DNA of 64,000 bases, from positions 27,384-91,383 of the forward strand of contig CAXHJY010001206.1 of NCBI GenBank assembly GCA_964016885.1. Direction: 5' to 3'. The DNA is from Eledone cirrhosa (taxonomy: Eukaryota). Positions 56,570 through 64,000 of this stretch are shown one piece after another; positions within the stretch are counted from its first letter, which is position 1; the number at the start of each line of letters is the position of its first letter. The notes under the pieces are model-generated. The model worked only from the letters and a program-made list of their open reading frames with translations, had not been told where the DNA came from and did no database searches. Made by a program: the position numbers and the translations under genes.

Positions 56570-57450
56570 CATTGCGACTACAGTCGAACATTCCTGACAG
56601 TCTCTCCACAATTCACAATTTTTCATTGCCCCTGACAACTGGTCCTCACTGTATCATCTGAGAGTTGATCGATGAAAGTTGGAGCCGATCTTCCTCTACT
56701 GTGTCTCTCGGGAGTTGATCCCCACAATACTAGCATGGGTATAACTTCCTACTTACTTCTCCAGTAATGTCCTGTAAATCATAACTCTCTTTGAGCAATA
56801 GTAGTTATCTTGGGTAACTTCCCATTTAAACTTTCATTTGTGATACGTTGAGCCAGTTTATGTTTTGTACAACCCTAAAACATTTTAGTGCATGTATCAT
56901 CTAGTTCTTCTCAAGTGATTGAGTCAGGGTCCATGTACTTCATTCATACAATAACACTGATCCAACAGATGCTCGGAAGCATATTTTGATTTTTCTGGGT
57001 AGATCTGACTTCTATATCCTTTTCATTTTGCTCATTGCTGCCCAGACTTTGGAAATTTTAATGTCAGTGTCCTTTTTTGATGAACTCACCCAGTTGCCTA
57101 AATATAGAACATCATCAACCCGATTGCGTATTCCGCCATCCAGTATGACAATATTTCCATCTTGGTTTAGTGACATTTGCTCTGTCTTGGTAACATTTAT
57201 GTGTAGACCAATTTTCTTGGCAGAGAATTCGAATTTATAAAGAAGTTCTTGAGCTTCATCAATGTTATCTGCCAAAAGAGCTGTATCCCATATAAGAGTT
57301 GGTGGGTTTCATCAATCTTAGCAGAGAAACATTGTCGTCTTAGAGGTGCTAATTACCAAGATTGTTCATTGATACTAATTGCTAAGTTTGATGATTTGTG
57401 TCTCTTCTCTGATTTTTCGAAAGAGGCTTGTCTAGGCTTTAAAATTTCAT
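56570..57450 (-). mobile_element. Decayed RTE-like LINE, RT C-terminal fragment
   Basis: ALLADNIDEAQELL..AKKIGLHINVTKTE..YLG..IKISKVWAAMSKMKRI..FRASVGSVLLY. Confidence 0.75.
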
Positions 57451-57910
57451 CATACCATCATTAGGTAGGTACTTCCTATATTGTTATACTTCCTATATTT
57501 TCCTTCGAGCATAATAATCAGGAATTTACCATCATAAAATAAGTATTTGCAATACGACATTGTTGAAAATTTCTGTCTTGTCAAGAACTCAATTTTTCAG
57601 TTCCTCCTCAAGATGAGGCCATTTTTAATTATAAAATTTATAAAATGTTTAGATATCGTAATTACCCCAAACCTGACCTTGGCCTTATAAGACTCTCAGT
57701 GATTTTGAGGGTCAAATTTTGAAGAAAAAAAGAAGCGCGTCCTATATTCCGAAAATTACGGTATATTCTCTTACAATGTAATTGTTCTATAAACTTGTAG
57801 AAAATACTACCAGTTTCTCAATTGATATGATAGGTATATATTCCTTTATATATCGTTTAAACTTATTGTAAAATTGTAGGCTCTGAAGCAATGTCCAGCA
57901 AGCTATTTTA

Positions 57911-58031
57911 GTGTGTCTATATGTGTGTATGTGTGTGCGTGTGTATGTATGTATGTATGTATGTATGTATGTATGTATGTATGTATGTATGTATGTATGT
58001 ATGTATGTATGTATGTATGTATGTGTGTGTG

Positions 58032-58108
<77 letters not shown>
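57911..58108. repeat. (TATG)n + (TG)n microsatellite
   Basis: Direct reading. Confidence 0.95.
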
Positions 58109-58112
<4 letters not shown>

Positions 58113-58407
58113 GAAGGGCTCTGTGTCGCTATGTAAGTGTCAAACTCATATCTAAATTATAAGTTGGGTGGTACTAGCGATTTTGATGAAATTTCCGAAC
58201 CTCTTTGTTCGAGTTAAATATGCCTCCAAGTGATATCTATTCAATCATTAAATTGAGATCATATCTGTTCTATCTACTCACTTAAACACAGACACGCATA
58301 AATAAACACCCTGAAGCACCCACATATATTCGTGGATGTATTACACATAGATAAATACATACATACATAATACTTACATACATACCTACATACATACACA
58401 CACACAC

Positions 58408-58440
<33 letters not shown>

Positions 58441-58529
58441 GGCATATACATATAAATATACATATATATATGTATATATATATGATATTTAAATACTAAT
58501 ATATATATGTATATATATATATACACCTC

Positions 58530-58585
<56 letters not shown>

Positions 58586-58633
58586 AATATACGTCTCCTC
58601 ACTCATATATACGCCTTCACACGCAATTAATTC

Positions 58634-58678
<45 letters not shown>

Positions 58679-59048
58679 ACCCCACTCTCAAGAGCGTGAA
58701 ACTAATAAACCTTTGTTCGTACTGCCTCTCTGTTTTGTTCCCGTTCAATGTTTTACTATATATATATATATTCGTGTTGTTAAACCTCCTTCCGTTTGAA
58801 GGACCAGTGTTCCAGTTGTTCGAACACTGTAACAACCAGCTCGTGAATTTAACCTGCTAGCGATTGAGCATTTTATAGATATGTGTATCTTTAACCTAAT
58901 TCTCGGGAGGTTTTGTGAGACGGAATATAAGTCAAGATTGGTGGTCTGGAGCAACGTGAAACGCAGTGTTTTGTTCAAGGAGTAAACGCGCTGCCGGTAA
59001 TTAATTGCATTCACGATTATACACACATACATACACACACACACACAT

Positions 59049-59141
<93 letters not shown>

Positions 59142-59225
59142 GAGGTTATATTTAATTTGTTGGGATACAACAAGCTAAAATATTTTTATAACTGATATAA
59201 AGCACTCAACAAATTATTGGAGTAA

Positions 59226-59554
59226 ATATACAATATATTAAACAAATGGAAACTATATTTATAAAACCATATTTATTTCATTATGGTGCGCTTTCATCAG
59301 ATAAAATATAATACAGATTAGTTTTATAAATAAATATTGACATACCCTGAAAAAATGCAACCTTACCTGGAAGCTCCAACTGGTAAAGTTGCATTTTTTC
59401 AGGGTATGTCAATATTTATTTATAAAACTAATCTGTATTATATTTTATCTGATTAAAGCGCACCATAATCTACCTTGGTGGCCCTTGAAATATGTATAAT
59501 GAAATAAATATGGTTTTATAAATATAGTTTCCATTTGTTTAATATATTGTATAT
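59226..59554. repeat. AT-rich fold-back inverted repeat, ~140-bp arms with 14-bp spacer
   Basis: 59226-59366 versus 59381-59554; the right arm has ~30 bp absent from the left arm. Confidence 0.9.
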
Positions 59555-60686
59555 ATATATATATAATTTTAGAAGGGACAGGGTGCTGTGTAGTTACTGA
59601 TAAAGTGTATTTAGAAATGAAAGGAAAGCACAAACAATAGACAGGTCCCCTCTTCAGTTTCACGTCCGAGACCCTCACCAGACAACTGAAGAGGGGACTT
59701 GTCCCTTGTTTGTGCTTTCCTTTCATTTGTAAATGTATATATATATATATAAGCTTAAGGGTGGTGCGTCGAATGCCAAGTTCAATAAATTCTGTATTGC
59801 TTGACACTTTTCTCTTAATAGAAGACGTAGCACAAAACATATAGAAGAAATTGTTAACGACTCTGAAAGAGAAGTTAAGAATATATTCTCGAATAATTAA
59901 AAACGCCATGATAGAAAAGGTCAACCTGATCTTTGTTATAAACAAGAGACATCTAGGTACATAGCTTTCGGTATATTAAACTTCGTCAGCATAGGACAAT
60001 GCAATTTTCTTGCCGATCATAAACTGCAATTTTAGAAATGGTTTCAGCCTGTCGGCTAGAAGGGGTAAATGAGGAGAGCGTATATAGTAAAAATGAATCA
60101 GTTATATTTTTGGCCAATGGCCATTAAATAACAAAAAAAGATAATGAAGAGAAATACCCGAATAGGATCAAATATGCATGAGTTGTGGTAAGTAAGCTAA
60201 AGGGTGGTATAGAGTTAATTTTGTAATATTTCTTTCTGAATATAAGATAGAAAAATAAAGTATCATGGGGCGCTTGTTAGCGATTCCTAAAGAAAAGGGC
60301 AAATAATTTCAAGACGCCAAGGATAAATTGTCAAATATAGAAAAAAATGTAATTTCTCATCAACTAGCAAATTGATCTAATATAATACTATACTGATGAA
60401 GTCTAACTGGCAGAATCATGGACGTAATTGTTCCATACTTGCAACAAAGATCAGACCTATGGTTTCTTATGCATACATGGCGTAGATTTTACAAAGAGCA
60501 ACATATAAGTCGTCCCACACCATTCCCTCGTCGGTGTCTTTGATGTGTTCCCCAAAATGATATTGATCTTAAAAGACAGACACTTCATGACGGTAGATAA
60601 GAGAGGACTTCCGCTGTGCTTTTGAGATTTGAAGGACACATTGAACTCTTTCTTTCTTTCTCTCTAACCCCCCCCCCCCACTCTCT

Positions 60687-60751
<65 letters not shown>

Positions 60752-61325
60752 CGAAGAAACATTGTTGTCTCTGATCGAGACGAAGCGAGATTGTATTTGA
60801 ATACATGTAAAATGAAAAGAAGAATCATCGCTAAAACAGCCAAATGCAGTCAAAGACCGCGATGAGCAAAAATGTCCCATCGGACAAAAACCAGCGGCTA
60901 GTGGTTGACAGAGAGACAGTCGACGAGGTGGGCGACTTGTACTGAAAGCCCTTATACTCAAATCGTCCGATAGTGTGCCTTGAAACTTTGAACTCTTTAG
61001 CAGTGGTGGCTAATTTACTTTCTCGGGTTATTATCTAAAGTGTTCTGCCCATTTCTTACAAATATTGGTCATTTAATGGTATTAGGACCCTTAGCAGGCG
61101 TTTTACGTTCGAATTTCAGCTCTATGCGAACTTTCAAAATAAACGACCGTGCTACTTTCATAAAAAAGACCAATCTCTAAATCACTGTACTCTGCCTTTA
61201 AGGCAACGATTACTGCTTGCCTTTTCGTTTGATGATTTAGTTTGTCGGCTGTCGTCATTTATCGGAAAAGAAATGATAATCAGAATAAGTTAGAAAAGCG
61301 TTAGAGCTATTAAAAGACGTGTCAG

Positions 61326-61326
61326 T

Positions 61327-61378
<52 letters not shown>

Positions 61379-61389
61379 GAGAGCGAGAG

Positions 61390-61436
<47 letters not shown>

Positions 61437-61473
61437 TAGACAGAGAGAGATAGATAGATAGATAGAGAGAGAG

Positions 61474-61518
<45 letters not shown>

Positions 61519-61522
61519 TAGA
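61326..61522. repeat. (TAGA)n/(GA)n microsatellite
   Basis: Direct reading. Confidence 0.95.
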
Positions 61523-62139
61523 TGTTATATCATAAACATGACTGTATATGTGTATATATCGGCTAGAGCTTACACAAAAAAAATTATGTTGCCCACACCA
61601 CATATATAATGAAATACATACACGATCTTACAAAAGAGATATACGTACAAGCACAACACACAAATACACACAGATATAAACGCTCTTCCTCACACAAGTA
61701 GAGTTCTCCACATCAAAATCTAAAACCTGCCATGAGAGATACATTAACACATAACAAAACTGAAATCTCCATTATTAGCAGCCGTTTCTTGGACATATCA
61801 TTATACTGTCATATCTGGTGTCGTATTTACTAAGGTCACTCAATATAACTGACGGCAACACGCCTCCTATTCGTGTGCTACGCTAAAAATCAAAAGCTGT
61901 AATTGTCGTTTAATCATTTCAGACTCGGCGTTTCTTTGAAATATTGATCTTCGCTCATCACATTTGAATAATAACAACAGTAATAACATCAGTAACAACA
62001 ACAGCAACAAAAAACAATAGCAATAACGACGACAACACATAATTATATCAATAATAAAATAAAATATTCCATACACACACACACACATATATATATACAC
62101 ATATATATACACACACATATATATATATATTATATATAT

Positions 62140-62367
<228 letters not shown>

Positions 62368-62665
62368 ACACACACACAGGGGCGATGGAACCATTAATTA
62401 TATTTTTTCCCCATACGAACAAAACACACATCTATTTGTATATGTGCTACAATTTATGAACATGTAATGTAGAGACAGATGGGAGAGATATATATATATA
62501 GAGAGAGGGGGAGAGTTTGGTGGTAATTGATATAGAGAGGAAGATTGGGAGAGACTACCGAGAGGGGGAGAGATTGATGTTTATTGATATAGAGAGAGGA
62601 ATTTGAAGAGAGTTCCGTGTAGTAGATATATAGAGACGGGGAGAATTTGGGTTTAATTGATATAT

Positions 62666-63386
62666 ATTTCTATTTATTTGCCACCAGGGCATCAAAGATT
62701 GGGACAAATACAAAGGGGGGAGTTTACATACATTTAAAAAGACGTGTAAAAAACATATAACAAATTAAATTTAACAATCGATGTCCTCAATAGGGAGGGG
62801 CGTTGACATGGGTCGCCCCCCCCCCCCCCCCGAAAAATTGTGCAACCCTCCTCTTCAGGAGCACAAAGAGCGGGTGCTTCCTTCCTCTTCTCATTCTTCT
62901 CCTCTCTCACCTACAGGCTGATATAGAGAGAAGGCCCATTCACTCGGGCCATTCTCGCTACTTTCACCCATCTTTCATAAAACTTGCTGGGGTAGAGCAC
63001 CTCTCTCTCCATTCTGATCCTTCTTCTAAAGTGGTACTTGAAAAGAAAGACCAGTTGTTGGCCGGAGAGAAAGGTGTCTGACCTCAGCCCTTTCAACCTT
63101 GTCCACCATACAACTTCTTTCGCCATGGTTATCACACAGAGGAAAACCGCTTCTCCTTCGTTTTTGAAAGGGGGAGGCGGTTTGATCGTAACAATGTTCT
63201 CGGTGGTCAACCGGATTGGTCCCACCCGCGACAGTAGTCGTTCCACATAGCCCCACAGGTCAGCAACGCCCGGGCAGTGTAAGAATGCGTGTGCGACGGT
63301 TTCCTCGTCCCGCACGCATCTCGGACAGATCTTCTTCGAGGGGTCCCTACTCGGGCGCCCGTGTCTGTAGAGCTTCTCCCGAACGG
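62666..63386 (-). mobile_element. Second L1/Tx1-like LINE 3' end, same family as 55389-56346
   Basis: EETVAHAFLHCPG..KEVVWWTRLKG..RVNGPSLYISL*; similar 3' UTR. Confidence 0.85.
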
Positions 63387-63575
63387 GTAGATATAGGGAG
63401 GGGGAGATTTTGGTAGTGATGGATAGAGTGAGAGGGAATAAGAGAGAGTGTTGTATGGTAGATATAGAGAGGGGGAGAGTTTGGTAGTGATGGATAGAGT
63501 GAGAGGGAATAAGAGAGAGTGTTGTATGGTAGATATAGAGAGGGGGAGAGTTTGGTAGTGATGGATAGAGTGAGG
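63386..63575. repeat. 71-bp minisatellite, ~2.7 copies; degenerate relatives at 62490-62665
   Basis: TTGGTAGTGATGGATAGAG at 63410, 63481 and 63552. Confidence 0.88.
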
Positions 63576-63657
63576 GTCAATAATGCTCTGTTTTTCAAGG
63601 GTAAATTCTTTCTCTACGTTCCTTATCCATACCTCCATTAAACTCTCTGTCACGTTT

Positions 63658-64000
63658 GAGTGTGTGTGTGTGTATATGTATGTCTGTGTATGTGTGTGTA
63701 CGCGTGTATATCTGTGTGTGTGTGTACGCGTGTATATGTGTGTGTTTGTGTGTGTGTACGTATGTATGTGTGTGTATGTGTGTGTGTGCGTGTGTATGTG
63801 TGAGCATGCGTGCGTCTGTGTGTGTGTGTATGTGTGAGCATGCGTGCGTGTGTTGTGTGTATGTGTGTATGTATGCGTATGTATGTGTGAACATGCGTGT
63901 GTGTGTGAGAGTGTGTGTGCGTGTGTGTGTGTCTATGCGTGTGTGTGTGTTTGTGTGTGTGTACGTATGTATGTGTGTGTATGTGTGTGTGTGCGTGTGT
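63658..64000. repeat. Degenerate (TG)n field
   Basis: Direct reading. Confidence 0.93.

Noticed and set aside
57725-57763. Tc/pogo-like terminal sequence ending TACGGTA
   Set aside because: No matching second terminus was found.
60457-60961. Short minus-strand ORFs in unique sequence
   Set aside because: No recognisable homology, and the longer ones are interrupted by a (CA)n tract.

Overview
AT-rich, microsatellite-saturated animal genomic DNA. The repeat content suggests a cephalopod such as Octopus; this is inference. No conventional host protein-coding exon can be supported, and nearly all listed ORFs are translations of simple repeats. Main contents: (1) a 4.7-kb 15-bp minisatellite (390-5120) that reads as a 1621-aa (GGVGY)n ORF with a hydrophobic N-terminus; (2) a ~14-kb tRNA-Pro-only cluster (~31730-45570) with AGG, CGG and TGG genes, about 7 intact or near-intact and about 17 degenerate or truncated, built from shuffled, inverted and chimeric modules; (3) mobile elements: a tRNA-derived SINE family (>15 copies), two clear and one probable non-autonomous Helitron, a 5'-truncated Penelope-like element (RT + GIY-YIG), fragments of L1/Tx1-, RTE- and R4/Dong-like LINEs, and a piggyBac-type MITE; (4) a degenerate 18S rRNA fragment; (5) many local fold-back and templated inverted duplications. 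All coordinates and alignments were read by eye.
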